The position numbers were made by a program, and so were the translations under genes. Of a stretch of 64,000 nt of DNA, positions 20,787 through 30,205 are shown one piece after another. The DNA is from Elusimicrobia bacterium GWA2_66_18 (GTDB taxonomy: Bacteria; Elusimicrobiota; Elusimicrobia; UBA1565; UBA9628). Position 1 is the first letter of the stretch, and each line of letters starts with the position of its first letter. The notes under the pieces were generated by a model that was not told the origin of the DNA, did no database searches, and saw nothing but the letters and a program-made list of their open reading frames with translations. Where the stretch lies: contig MGTX01000016.1 of the NCBI GenBank assembly GCA_001799675.1, forward strand, positions 9,876 through 73,875. Direction: 5' to 3'.

Positions 20787-21926
20787 TCAGCGCGACCCCG
20801 GCGCGCGGGAGCGGCGCTCCTTCCAGGCCTGCCGCAGAGGCTCCAGGGCCCGACGGAAGGCCGCGACGACCTTGGGATCGAACTGCCGGCCTCCCTCATT
20901 GAGGATGTAGCGCGCGCTCTCCTCGAAGCCCCAGGCGCGCTTGTAGGCCCTCTCGACGGTCAGCGCGTCGAGCACGTCGGCCACGGCGACGATGCGCGCC
21001 GCCGGCGGGATCTTCCCGCCCTTGAGGCCCCGGGGATAACCCCGGCCGTCGAAGCGCTCGTGGTGGGCCCAGGCGATCTCGGCGGCCAGGCGAAGGAGAG
21101 GGCTCTTCGCCTCGGAGAGAATCTCCCAGCCGAAGGAGGTGTGCCTTCTCATCTCCGAGGTCTCGGCGGCGGTCAAAGGGCCGGTCTTCAGCAGGACCGC
21201 GTCGCGGATGCCGACTTTGCCGATGTCGTGGAGGGGGCTGGCGCACTCGATGCTCTCGACCTCGCCGTCGGACAGGCCGAAGCCGCGCGCGATGAGCCTC
21301 GAGTAGCGGCCGATGGACCGCAGATGCGCCGCGGTGTCCTTCGCGTCGCGGTACTCGGCCGTGCGGGCCAGGCGCTGGATGGTCTCCACGTGGGAGTCGC
21401 GCAGCTCCTCGTAGAGACGCGCGCTCTCCACGGCCGCGGCGGCCAGGCCGGCGAGAATCCGCAAGAGGCCCTCGTCCTCGGCGTCGAAGTCCAGCCCCTG
21501 GCGCTTGTTGAGCGCCTGGAAGACGCCGAAGGTCCTCCCGGAGCGGTCTTTCAAGGGGACCGCCATGACGTTGCGCGTCTTGAAACCCGTGTGCCGATCG
21601 ACGGCCGGGTTGAAACGGGGATCGCGGTAAACGTCGGCGACGCGCACCGCCGCGCCGGCGGCGACGACGTGCCCGATGAGACCCTGCCCGAGGGGCAGGT
21701 GCAGGTCGCGGGCATCGAGACCCTGAGCCACCGGCGTCCAAAGCTCCCGCCTCGCCTCGTCGACGAGGAAGATGCTGCAGCGCGCGGCGCCCACGATGCG
21801 CCGCACCTCGTCGGCCAGCAGGGTCAGCAGGGGCCGAAGGCGCACCACGCCATGCAGCTTCTGACCGAACCTAACCAGCATCTGGTAGCGCTTCTCGACA
21901 CGATCGACGACAGCGGTTCGAGCCAT
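20787..21926 (-). CDS. GAF + HD-GYP cyclic dinucleotide phosphodiesterase
   Basis: GAF (FNPAVDRHTGFKTRN, QALNK), HDIGK, HHERFDGRGYP; start may be 21953. Confidence 0.9.
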   Translation of the reverse strand: MARTAVVDRVEKRYQMLVRFGQKLHGVVRLRPLLTLLADEVRRIVGAARCSIFLVDEARRELWTPVAQGLDARDLHLPLGQGLIGHVVAAGAAVRVADVYRDPRFNPAVDRHTGFKTRNVMAVPLKDRSGRTFGVFQALNKRQGLDFDAEDEGLLRILAGLAAAAVESARLYEELRDSHVETIQRLARTAEYRDAKDTAAHLRSIGRYSRLIARGFGLSDGEVESIECASPLHDIGKVGIRDAVLLKTGPLTAAETSEMRRHTSFGWEILSEAKSPLLRLAAEIAWAHHERFDGRGYPRGLKGGKIPPAARIVAVADVLDALTVERAYKRAWGFEESARYILNEGGRQFDPKVVAAFRRALEPLRQAWKERRSRAPGSR

Positions 21927-22025
21927 GGCGCGCCCCCGTTGCGTGGATTCCATAATATAGCGACGCAACGATTATTCCGACAATCCGCTCGCCGCGAAGA
22001 TACCCCGCCTTCCGGAGCCGGGGCG

Positions 22026-22034
22026 TGCTATAAT
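22026..22034 (+). promoter_or_regulatory. Extended -10 promoter of cold-shock gene
   Basis: TGCTATAAT about 80 bp upstream of ATG; leader carries hairpin GGGTCA-TTAT-TGACCC. Confidence 0.6.
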
Positions 22035-22113
22035 TACTTTAGGGGTCATTATTGACCCTCGCCACGCAAGACGTTCGTGAGCAAGACGTACAGACAAGAG
22101 GAATAAGAAACAA

Positions 22114-22317
22114 ATGGCTACGGGCAAAGTGAAGTGGTTCAACGACCAGAAGGGCTTCGGTTTCATCACGCCGGACGACGGGTCCAAGGACCTGTTCGTT
22201 CACCATTCGTCCATACTGGGCGATGGTTTCAAGACTCTGGCCGAGAACCAGGCCGTGGAGTTCGACGTTCAGCAGTCCGACAAGGGACCGCGCGCGGCTA
22301 ACGTCAGGAAACTCTGA
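22114..22317 (+). CDS. cspA: Cold-shock protein
   Basis: [29 protein letters not shown]; CspA family, exact paralog name uncertain. Confidence 0.95.
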   Translation: MATGKVKWFNDQKGFGFITPDDGSKDLFVHHSSILGDGFKTLAENQAVEFDVQQSDKGPRAANVRKL

Positions 22318-22337
22318 CCTACCGACGTTGAGAATGG

Positions 22338-22374
22338 TCGCCCGCATCGCTTCGGCGATGCGGGCGATTCATTT
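22338..22374 (+). terminator. Hairpin terminator after cold-shock gene
   Basis: 13-bp stem TCGCCCGCATCGC/GCGATGCGGGCGA with TTCG loop, then TTCATTT. Confidence 0.7.
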
Positions 22375-22387
22375 CGGAGAATATCGC

Positions 22388-22792
22388 GTGCCTCCCACAG
22401 ACAGCTGGTCCGCCGCAAACGCCCGTCTCGCGCGCCTGGGAGTGCGCAAGACTGACCTCGAAGAGCGCTTCCACCGCGCCGGCGGCGCCGGGGGCCAGAA
22501 CGTCAACAAGGTGGAAACGGCCGTCGCCCTCCTCCACCGCCCCACCGGGGTCCGGGTGCGCTGCGCCGACGAGCGTTCCCAGGCCCAGAACCGCCTGCGA
22601 GCGCGCCTGCGTCTGGCCGAGAGGCTGGAGGCCCGCGTCCATGAGGAGCGGGCCCGCAGGCGCTCCGAGGCCGAGAAGGCGCGCCGGACCAAGCGCGGCC
22701 GCTCCCAGGCCTCCAAGACCCGCATGCTTGAAAACAAACGGCATCGCTCCGCCGTGAAAAGCAATCGCGGCCGCTTCCAGGCGGAGCAATGA
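22388..22792 (+). CDS. ArfB/RF-1-like peptidyl-tRNA hydrolase (GGQ domain)
   Basis: GTG after [28 protein letters not shown], basic tail. Confidence 0.88.
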   Translation: MPPTDSWSAANARLARLGVRKTDLEERFHRAGGAGGQNVNKVETAVALLHRPTGVRVRCADERSQAQNRLRARLRLAERLEARVHEERARRRSEAEKARRTKRGRSQASKTRMLENKRHRSAVKSNRGRFQAEQ

Positions 22793-23745
22793 CCCTGCAC
22801 ATCTGCCAAACCGGCTACGAGACTTTTCTGGCGAAGGAATTATCCGCCCCCCCCGAGCGTTCCGGCCCCGGATGGGTGCTGGGGCCGGAGGGCAAGGGCG
22901 AGCTCTGCTTTGCTCACTTGTCCTTGCGTGCCCCCCAGGAGGTCCCGGGAAAGTCCGTCAACGCCCTGGCCGGAGCGGTGGCGGACTTTTTCACGACCTC
23001 GACCAAGGACGAACGCTTCGAAGGCCCCTGGCCTTTTTGCCTGGAATCGGCGGGACTTCCCGGGCTGGCGCGAAGGGCCAAGACCGTCGAGGAAGAGGTC
23101 TCGGCGAAGATCAAATCGAAGATGGCGAGGGTCGCCAAGCTGGCGGTCCCGGGCCGCCCCGCCCTCGGCTTGCGCCGCGGTTTGTTCGCTTACCTGCCCG
23201 ACTTCGACCATGTCCTCGTGACCCGGGAGGCCCTCGCCGGCGGACAGCGCCGCATGGCGGACGACCCCCAGGCCCCCTCGCGCTCGTATCTCAAGGTCGA
23301 GGAGGCCTACGGCCTCCTGGGCCGCGAGCCCGCCGCGGGCGAGACGGTGGCCGACCTGGGCGCCGCCCCCGGAGGCTGGAGCTACAGCGCGGCCCGCCGC
23401 GGGGCCCTCGTGACGGCGGTGGACAACGGGCCGCTCAAGGGCGCCGGCCTTCACCCCGGCGTCGCCCACCGCGCCGAGGACGCCTTCAAGTTCCGCCCCG
23501 AGAGCCCGATGGATTGGCTCTTCTGCGACATGCTGTCGGACCCGGAGCGCGTCATCGCCTTGGCCGACCGTTGGCTGGCCGAAGGCTGGTGCCGCCGCCT
23601 CATCGTGAACCTCAAGTTCGGCCGCCGCGACCCCCTGCGCCTGCTGGAGCAGGCGGGCGTCCTGCGGCGCCGCTGCGCCTTCCTCAAGGCCCGCCATCTC
23701 TTCCACGACCGCGAGGAGCTGACCCTGGCGGCGGAGAGGATCTAG
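22789..23745 (+). CDS. RlmM-like FtsJ-family rRNA methyltransferase
   Basis: [38 protein letters not shown]. Confidence 0.85.
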   Translation: MTLHICQTGYETFLAKELSAPPERSGPGWVLGPEGKGELCFAHLSLRAPQEVPGKSVNALAGAVADFFTTSTKDERFEGPWPFCLESAGLPGLARRAKTVEEEVSAKIKSKMARVAKLAVPGRPALGLRRGLFAYLPDFDHVLVTREALAGGQRRMADDPQAPSRSYLKVEEAYGLLGREPAAGETVADLGAAPGGWSYSAARRGALVTAVDNGPLKGAGLHPGVAHRAEDAFKFRPESPMDWLFCDMLSDPERVIALADRWLAEGWCRRLIVNLKFGRRDPLRLLEQAGVLRRRCAFLKARHLFHDREELTLAAERI

Positions 23746-25020
23746 TCAGGGTTTGCGGGACCGGCGCGGGGAGAAAGTCGGCTGGGGAAGCCCCGACACG
23801 GCGCGAAAGGCGTCCCGCGCGATGAGCAGCTCCTCGTTGGTCGCGATGACGTCGATCTTCACCCGCGAGCCGCTCTTCGATATCCTCCCCAACTGCCCCT
23901 TCTTGAGAGCGGCGTTGCGCGCCTCATCGAGGACGATGCCCAGGGGCTCGAGCCCCCGGCAGACGCGCTGGCGGATGACGGGAGAGTTCTCGCCGATGCC
24001 GCCCGAGAAGACCAGGGCGTCGGCCCCGCCCAGCTCGGCCAAGTAGGCGCCGATGCGGCGCCGCGCGCTCGCGCAGAACACGTCGATGGCCAGGCTCGCG
24101 CGGCGGTCGCCGTTCTCCTTCTCCTCCTCGAGGAGCTCGCGCATGTCGCTCGTCAGCCCCGAGAGGCCGAGCAGGCCCGACTGCTTGTTGAGCAGGGTGA
24201 TCATCTCGGGCAGGCTCAAGCCCTCCTTGTGGGAGAGGTACTCGATGACCGAGACGTCCACGTCCCCGGCCCGCGTGCCCATCACCATGCCCTCCAGCGG
24301 GGTGAATCCCATGCTGGTGTTGACGGATTCGCCGTTCTTGATCGCGCAGGCCGAGCAGCCGTTGCCCAGGTGAAGGGTGATGATGTTCACGTCCTCCTTG
24401 GCGATCTTGTTGAGGACGCGATAACGGTAGGCCAGGTAGCGGTGCGAGGTGCCGTGGAAGCCGTAGCGGCGGATCTTGTAGCGGCGGTAGAGGTGATAGG
24501 GGATGCCGTAAAGATAGGCGGTCTCGGGCATGGTGGCGTGGAAGGAGGTGTCGAAGACCGCCACCTGGGGCACGCCGCGCCCGAAGACCTCCCGAGCCGC
24601 GCGGATGCCCCGGACGTTGGCGGGGTTATGGAGGGGTGCGAGCTCTATGCAGTCCTCGATGCCCGCGAGAACCGCGTCGTCGATGAGCGTCGAGGCGCGG
24701 AACTTCTCGCCCCCGTGGACCACGCGGTGCCCGACGATGTGGATGTCGGCCATCGAGGTCACCCCCTCGATGCCGGACTCCGGGGAGATGACCCAGCGCA
24801 CGATGCGGTCCAGGGCCGAGCGATAGTCGCGCAAGGGCGCGTCTTCCTTGAGCGGCGGGCGGTCGGCCGCCTGGAAGGCGACGAGGGCCAGGCTGCCGAT
24901 GCGCTCGATCTGTCCCTTGGCCAGGCAACGGTCGCCGTCCCGGGCGATGAGCGCCGAGTCCGTCTGCACGACCTGGAACTTGATCGAGGACGAGCCCGAA
25001 TTGAGGACGAGTATGTTCAT
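23746..25020 (-). CDS. ackA: Acetate kinase
   Basis: [55 protein letters not shown]. Confidence 0.96.
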   Translation of the reverse strand: MNILVLNSGSSSIKFQVVQTDSALIARDGDRCLAKGQIERIGSLALVAFQAADRPPLKEDAPLRDYRSALDRIVRWVISPESGIEGVTSMADIHIVGHRVVHGGEKFRASTLIDDAVLAGIEDCIELAPLHNPANVRGIRAAREVFGRGVPQVAVFDTSFHATMPETAYLYGIPYHLYRRYKIRRYGFHGTSHRYLAYRYRVLNKIAKEDVNIITLHLGNGCSACAIKNGESVNTSMGFTPLEGMVMGTRAGDVDVSVIEYLSHKEGLSLPEMITLLNKQSGLLGLSGLTSDMRELLEEEKENGDRRASLAIDVFCASARRRIGAYLAELGGADALVFSGGIGENSPVIRQRVCRGLEPLGIVLDEARNAALKKGQLGRISKSGSRVKIDVIATNEELLIARDAFRAVSGLPQPTFSPRRSRKP

Positions 25021-25126
25021 GACAGAGAGAGGATAGTAAATCCCCTCGACGGAATCCCGCGCCGGTCAGGCACGCAGGATGTATAATGACGGAAATGACC
25101 TGTCTGCCGCATCCGCTGAAAACGCC

Positions 25127-26839
25127 ATGGCCTTGAGCAGCGGTCCTCGTTTGGACGTCTTCGTCGAAGCCGCCCGCATCCTCAGCAGCGTGTGCTGGAT
25201 CGTCTGGATCCCCAGCAGCGCCGTGGTCATCGCCCGTGCCAGCCGCCGTATGTTCAGCCGGCTGTCCCACGCGCAGCGGGTGACGCTGGTCCTAGCGCCG
25301 GTCCCGGTCCTGGCGTTGGCTCGTTGGCTGCCTATGCATGTCTCGATCGACCCCGTCTTCTTATGCCATTGGCTAGAGCCGTGGAAAGGCATGTCCGGAA
25401 GGGTGCTCGTTGATTTGTTGGCCTCCTGGACGGCGAGTCCGGAGTTCACCTCGATCTGGATCGCGCGCGGTTTCTACCTCGCCGTCCCCTTCCTGGCTCT
25501 TGCCGTGTTGGGTTTGGAGGAGGAGCCGTCTCCTGTCGGCCGCGGCGGCGTCTTCATCCTGGCCCTGTTGCTGCTCGGAAACCCGATCATGGTTGTGGGC
25601 AGCATGTCGGTCCGGTACTTCTTCTTCGTGCCGGCGGCCATCGCGGTGATCCTGGTGTCAGGTCGTGAGTGGCTTGCCAAAGGCGGCAACGCGCCTTTCT
25701 GCGCCCTGGCCAGCAGCCTGATCCTCCTCGGCTGGAGCCGTCCGGAGATAGCTCCCGTGGCGGTCCTCTTGACGGGGCTGCTGGCCTGGCAGGCCTGGAG
25801 AGCGCCCCGGCTGATGGACCGCCGCGAGATGGGCGGCCTTCTCGCCACCGGACTGGCGCTGCTGGCCGTGTTCCCCGCGGAGTTGGGATACCTCGTCGCC
25901 CAATCCCGTATTGACTCCATCTCTCTCAAGGGCAACATCCTCGGGCAGCGACCGGTCTGGATGCTGCTGCCGCTCCTGGCCGAGAACGCCTTGCGAAATA
26001 TCCCATCGATTCTGGAGGAGCAGACGCTCATGACCGGCGGGCTCCTGCTCCTGGCTGCGGCTCGCATGGCCCAACTCGCGCGCCGACCCGTCGCAGAGAA
26101 CCCGGAGCAGTGGTGGTCCGCCGCGATTCTAGTCAGCTACCTTATGATCGGCGCGCCGCACTGCGAGGGTCTGGGGGCGGGTGGTGGAGTGGCCAAATAC
26201 GGGCTGGTGATCAACTTGCCCGTCTGGCACCTGGCCGCGGCCTTCCTTAAGGGGCAGGTCGGACGCGGACGCCGTCGGCTCGCCATCTTGACCGCCGCGG
26301 GGAGTCTGGTTCTCTCGACGCAGGGTATCGCGAGTTATTTCGGCGAGGACTCGGAGCGGCGCGAGGAAAACGCGTCCCGGGATCAGCTCTATTGGGAAGC
26401 CATCCCCGCTTTCGCGCGTCATTCCTGCCCGAGGGGCGAACCGCCCGCCTGCGTCGTTGTTGGCGCCGTCGGTGACCCGCGCAGCGAGAGGCCGTTCTCT
26501 CCCTTGATAGAAGACAAGACAGTGGTCGGCATGCTGCTCTCCTCCCACGGTTGCCGGGTCCCGAAGATTGCCGGCGCCGGCCCGGACTCCGAGCCGGCGC
26601 CGTCGGACGACCTTGCCGACCTGCTGTGTGGGCGGAGAGCGGCGTGCGGTCCGACCGGCGCAGTCTTTCCGGCGGATCGGGCGGTCATCGTCCATCACGG
26701 GCCCCAAGACGCCGGATTGCTGGACCGATTCCTGGAGAGGCAAGAGAACTGCGGCTGGCGCCGGAGCGAGAGTTGGGCCTATGCCACGACTTTAGAGCGT
26801 AGGGGCGCGGACAGCGCCTCGCGAAGAGGGAAGCCGTGA
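25127..26839 (+). CDS. Polytopic membrane protein (possibly GT-C-like)
   Basis: Many hydrophobic segments, SRPE motif, soluble C-terminus; start could be 25079, but TATAAT at 25082-25087 favours 25127. Confidence 0.6.
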   Translation: MALSSGPRLDVFVEAARILSSVCWIVWIPSSAVVIARASRRMFSRLSHAQRVTLVLAPVPVLALARWLPMHVSIDPVFLCHWLEPWKGMSGRVLVDLLASWTASPEFTSIWIARGFYLAVPFLALAVLGLEEEPSPVGRGGVFILALLLLGNPIMVVGSMSVRYFFFVPAAIAVILVSGREWLAKGGNAPFCALASSLILLGWSRPEIAPVAVLLTGLLAWQAWRAPRLMDRREMGGLLATGLALLAVFPAELGYLVAQSRIDSISLKGNILGQRPVWMLLPLLAENALRNIPSILEEQTLMTGGLLLLAAARMAQLARRPVAENPEQWWSAAILVSYLMIGAPHCEGLGAGGGVAKYGLVINLPVWHLAAAFLKGQVGRGRRRLAILTAAGSLVLSTQGIASYFGEDSERREENASRDQLYWEAIPAFARHSCPRGEPPACVVVGAVGDPRSERPFSPLIEDKTVVGMLLSSHGCRVPKIAGAGPDSEPAPSDDLADLLCGRRAACGPTGAVFPADRAVIVHHGPQDAGLLDRFLERQENCGWRRSESWAYATTLERRGADSASRRGKP

Positions 26840-28092
26840 ACATAGGGTTCTTCGGTCTGGGTAAACTGGGCCTGCCGACCGCTCTCGCCATCGAGTCCCG
26901 CGGCCATCGCGTCATCGGATATGACCCCGCGCCGGCAGTGGGCGAGAGCCTGTCCCGTCGCCGCATCCCCTATCAGGAAGAGGGCGTCGACGCGGCTTTG
27001 GCGCGCACACGCATCGAACTCGCTTTGGAGGACGAGGTCGTGAGTCGATGCGAACTGTTGTTCATCGCCATCCAGACTCCCCATGCTCCCGAGCATGAGG
27101 GGGTGACCCGCATGCTGGAATGCCCCTGCGATTTCGACTACTCGTTCCTCCGCGGCGGGATGACGCGGATCGCTGATGCGATCGAAAGGGCCGGGAGGGT
27201 CCGCATCGTGGTCGTAGTCTCGACGGTCCTGCCCGGGACGATCCGGCGGGAGATGCTGCCGTTGCTCGGGGAGCACGCGCGGCTCTGCTACAATCCGTCC
27301 TTCATCGCCATGGGAACGGTGATGCGGAACTTCCTGAGCCCGGAATTCGTGCTCCTCGGGGCCGACGAGAAGGGCGCGGCGTCCGAGGTCGCAGAGTTCT
27401 ATCGAACGATCCACGATGCTCCGATCCACCGGACCAGCATCGAGAGCGCGGAGCTCATCAAGGTCCTCTATAACACCTTTCTCTCCACCAAGATCGCCTT
27501 CGCCAACACGGCGATGGAGCTCTGCCATAAGATACCGGGCGCGACGGTCGACGACGTGACCGCCGGTCTGTCGCTCGGGACCCAGCGCATCCTTTCGCCC
27601 CGCTACCTCAGCGGCGGAATGGGGGACGGCGGCGGCTGCCATCCGCGCGACAACATCGCGCTGCGGCACCTGGCGCAGCGGCTGAGCCTCTCGTTCGACT
27701 GGTTCGACGCGGTCATGCGGCAGCGGGAGCGTCACACCGAGTGGCTGGCGTCGCTGATCGAGCGGCACGCCGCAGGGCGCGGGGTGTGCATCCTCGGGAA
27801 GGCTTTTAAGGCGGGCTCGAACCTGACCGCGGGCAGCCCGGCGATCCTGTTGCGCAATGTGCTTGTCGAACACGGGCATGAGGTCGTCATGTGGGATCCC
27901 CATGTCGACGCCGGGGAGGCGCCTCCGGCGGGGTCATCCCGCTGCTATTTCGTGGGGACGCGCCATGCCGAGTTCCGGTCCTTTCCGTTCATCAAGGGCT
28001 CGGTGGTCCTCGACCCGTGGCGTTACATCCTGCCGCAGGACGGGGTGGAGGTGATCCCCATAGGCATCGGTCCGTCCGTGGGGACGGCCTAG
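26836..28092 (+). CDS. UDP-glucose/GDP-mannose dehydrogenase family protein
   Basis: GLGKLG, STVLPGT, YNPSF, AELIKVLYN, GGGCHPRD, LGKAFK. Confidence 0.9.
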   Translation: MNIGFFGLGKLGLPTALAIESRGHRVIGYDPAPAVGESLSRRRIPYQEEGVDAALARTRIELALEDEVVSRCELLFIAIQTPHAPEHEGVTRMLECPCDFDYSFLRGGMTRIADAIERAGRVRIVVVVSTVLPGTIRREMLPLLGEHARLCYNPSFIAMGTVMRNFLSPEFVLLGADEKGAASEVAEFYRTIHDAPIHRTSIESAELIKVLYNTFLSTKIAFANTAMELCHKIPGATVDDVTAGLSLGTQRILSPRYLSGGMGDGGGCHPRDNIALRHLAQRLSLSFDWFDAVMRQRERHTEWLASLIERHAAGRGVCILGKAFKAGSNLTAGSPAILLRNVLVEHGHEVVMWDPHVDAGEAPPAGSSRCYFVGTRHAEFRSFPFIKGSVVLDPWRYILPQDGVEVIPIGIGPSVGTA

Positions 28093-28109
28093 GCCGTCAG
28101 GCCCCGAAA

Positions 28110-28880
28110 ATGCCCGGGCAACCGAACGGAGTCGCAGTCAACCTGCCGGTCCTCAACGAACGCGCAGCTCTTGAGATCGTGGTGCCCGCGATCATCCGGC
28201 AGCTCTGCGGCCGTCGACACACGCTCTGCGCCGTCGACGGTGGCTCGACGGACGGGACGGTCGAATTCCTGCGCGGCCTGGCTCAGGCCGGGGAGTCGAT
28301 CATCGTGATCGAGCGGCCCCGGCCGGGCCGGGGCTGCCAGCGCGGCGATGCTTCGCGGGCCGGGCTGGCCTGGCTCCTTGACCATACCGACCACGAGATC
28401 TTCGTGGATATCGACGGCGACGATTCTCAGCCTCCGGAGGAACTGGCTTCCGGCATCGCCATCCTCGAGTCGCCGGGCTGCGATGTGGTCATCGCGTCGA
28501 AATATGTTCGGGGTGCGGCCGTAACCGGGAGGCCGGTCGGTCGGCGGCTTGTCAGTCTCTTCTACAACGCGCTGGTCCGCGCGCTGGCAGGGACGGGACT
28601 GCGAGACCACAGCAACACCTACCGCTTCTACACGCGCCGGGCAGCCCGGCTGGCCATGCAGATCGACGCGCAGCACACGGGGCCGCTCTTCATGCTGGAG
28701 ATGCTGTTGCATTGGGTCTGCCAAGGGCTGAGCATCGTGGAGGTCCCGACTCGCTATCGGCCCCGGATCGGGGGGGAATCGAAGGTAGCCCTCGGGGACT
28801 TCGCCCTCGGCCTGTGGGGCGCGTTGCGGCTGGCGCGAAGGGCGCGGCTGCGTGGCTCTTCCATGGCGGGACGCTCCTGA
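28110..28880 (+). CDS. Family 2 glycosyltransferase (polyprenol-phosphate sugar synthase-like)
   Basis: LPVLNE, VDGGSTDGT, DIDGD, IASKY, EVP..Y.PR..GESK. Confidence 0.85.
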   Translation: MPGQPNGVAVNLPVLNERAALEIVVPAIIRQLCGRRHTLCAVDGGSTDGTVEFLRGLAQAGESIIVIERPRPGRGCQRGDASRAGLAWLLDHTDHEIFVDIDGDDSQPPEELASGIAILESPGCDVVIASKYVRGAAVTGRPVGRRLVSLFYNALVRALAGTGLRDHSNTYRFYTRRAARLAMQIDAQHTGPLFMLEMLLHWVCQGLSIVEVPTRYRPRIGGESKVALGDFALGLWGALRLARRARLRGSSMAGRS

Positions 28881-30205
28881 CATTCGGCTGCCCGGCCGGC
28901 AGCGCTCGACCTCCTTCCAGAGTCATCGACCGGCGCCCGCAACGCTCCCAGACCAAAAAGGCGGGCATACGGCGCTGGAACGCCTAGGCAGCGACTGTCA
29001 TAGGGGCAGCGCCTGCAGGCTGGGTGTTTGGCGCGCCCGACCAAGCCGGCCTCCTCAGAGAAGTCCTCGGCGTAGCGCACCCGCTCCTGGGGCAGAGCCC
29101 GCTCCATCGCGTGACGCTGCGGATCATCCAGGAGGCAGGGCGGGAAGCCGCTCTCGCCGCCGAACGACGATACGCGCAGCCCCCACCGCAGGCAACGCTC
29201 GACCCCCCGGCGCAAAAACGGCGCCGCCCGGCCCAAATCAATCGCCCAAGTCGGAACCTTCAGGTGGCCGGCCTCGTTCATCATGGAGAAATAAACCTCC
29301 AGACGTCGATTCTTCGGCAAGCCGGCCCCCAAACCACCCAGGAAATCCGCCAGACCGGGAAGATGGCGGTAATTCCAGGCATTGACGACCACGTTCACCG
29401 TGACATCGAAATCGGCGCCGCCCCCTCGCGCCCTGACCAGTCGAACCAATCCCTCGACGGCGCGCCGATACTGGCCGCTGGTAGCCGTGATCCGATCATA
29501 CACCTGGGGCTTGTGCGAATGAAAAGAGACCAGATAATTGGCGACCCCGAGTTCCGTCAATCCCTTGATAAACCCCGACTTTGAAAGGAGGGCCCCGTTG
29601 GTCTGCAGGCCGATGCGCCGGAACCCCCTCTTGCGCGCAGCCTCTAAAATCCGAGGCAATCTTGGGTCCAGAGTCGGCTCGCCGCCCGAGATCGTCAACT
29701 GGCCGCGGAAATTGGGCTGGCGGGCCAGCGCCTCCAGTTTCCCTTCGATATCGGCCCAATCCGCGCCGCGGCCAGTCAGCGGCACGAAACAAAAAGGGCA
29801 GCGCTGGTTGCACGCCGACGTAACCCTCAACAACGATTGCGGACCTTCCTTGCCGAAATGCTTTTCCGCCAAGGCGGCGTCCGCCATCGCGACGGCGGGT
29901 CGCATGCGAAACGTTTCCACAAACAAAAGGAGCTCGCAAGCAAGCTCCGCCAAGCCCGCTTTCTCCGCGCTCCGCAGACGAGCCCCTGAACGCAACCGCG
30001 TCTGAAACCGGACGGACGGGGTGAGTGATCCGGCGCCATCGACAGAAAATTGCGGACTTAGATAAAAAAGAACTCGGGTCTCCGATGTCCTTCTCACTGA
30101 AAACCGCAGCAATCGCCCCGTCCCTTGTTTGTCGAGAACCCAATCATAACGGCGCAGAACGCCGCGCAGACCGGCAGAAACGATTTTTCTAGAACCCGAC
30201 GACAT
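28754..30205 (-). CDS. Radical SAM enzyme, HxsC-like tail, with N-terminal accessory domain
   Basis: CNQRCPFC, SGGEPT, QTNG, FPPC, CRRCPYDSRCLGV...Y...G. Confidence 0.88.
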   Translation of the reverse strand: MSSGSRKIVSAGLRGVLRRYDWVLDKQGTGRLLRFSVRRTSETRVLFYLSPQFSVDGAGSLTPSVRFQTRLRSGARLRSAEKAGLAELACELLLFVETFRMRPAVAMADAALAEKHFGKEGPQSLLRVTSACNQRCPFCFVPLTGRGADWADIEGKLEALARQPNFRGQLTISGGEPTLDPRLPRILEAARKRGFRRIGLQTNGALLSKSGFIKGLTELGVANYLVSFHSHKPQVYDRITATSGQYRRAVEGLVRLVRARGGGADFDVTVNVVVNAWNYRHLPGLADFLGGLGAGLPKNRRLEVYFSMMNEAGHLKVPTWAIDLGRAAPFLRRGVERCLRWGLRVSSFGGESGFPPCLLDDPQRHAMERALPQERVRYAEDFSEEAGLVGRAKHPACRRCPYDSRCLGVPAPYARLFGLGALRAPVDDSGRRSSAAGRAAECQERPAMEEPRSRALRASRNAPHRPRAKSPRATFDSPPIRGR

